A stretch of DNA of 64,000 nt, from NCBI GenBank assembly GCA_030704615.1, contig CM060732.1, positions 16,740,001 to 16,804,000 on the forward strand, in the 5' to 3' direction. Positions 63,986 to 64,000 of the stretch are shown here, in pieces (the stretch's first letter is position 1; the number at the start of each line of letters is the position of its first letter). A program made the translations under genes and the position numbers. The notes under the pieces are model-generated. The model had not been told where the DNA came from. It saw only the letters and a list, made by a program, of their open reading frames with translations, and made no database searches. The DNA comes from Takakia lepidozioides (taxonomy: Eukaryota > Plantae > Bryophyta).

Positions 63986-64000
63986 TAAATTGTTCACACC

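Overview
Eukaryotic, TE-dense plant DNA. It is most likely a non-seed land plant (inference from PLS-type PPR pieces, OEP16, an ACHT-type thioredoxin exon, an NRPD2/E2-like fragment and GT-AG introns). Only one apparently intact host gene is present: a 2-exon SAM-dependent methyltransferase on the minus strand (19373-21914). The rest is nested or decayed mobile DNA: Mutator-like, pogo and hAT transposases, at least four Gypsy LTR retroelements, several tandem arrays and mosaics of captured host-gene fragments. Top candidates for unusual biology: (1) a Gypsy retrotransposon whose single gag-pol frame carries a DNMT3-like C5-cytosine methyltransferase between protease and RT (about 34.4-35.4 kb), later split by a younger chromovirus; (2) a spliced TE-like gene region with a ParB/Srx-fold (DGNHR) domain, a Zn finger and a Ulp1-like protease, next to a cluster of 20-bp palindromes; (3) an unassigned ORF family present twice, once between about 380-bp hairpin-rich direct repeats. 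All family calls come from motif recognition by eye; no searches were run and some boundaries are approximate.
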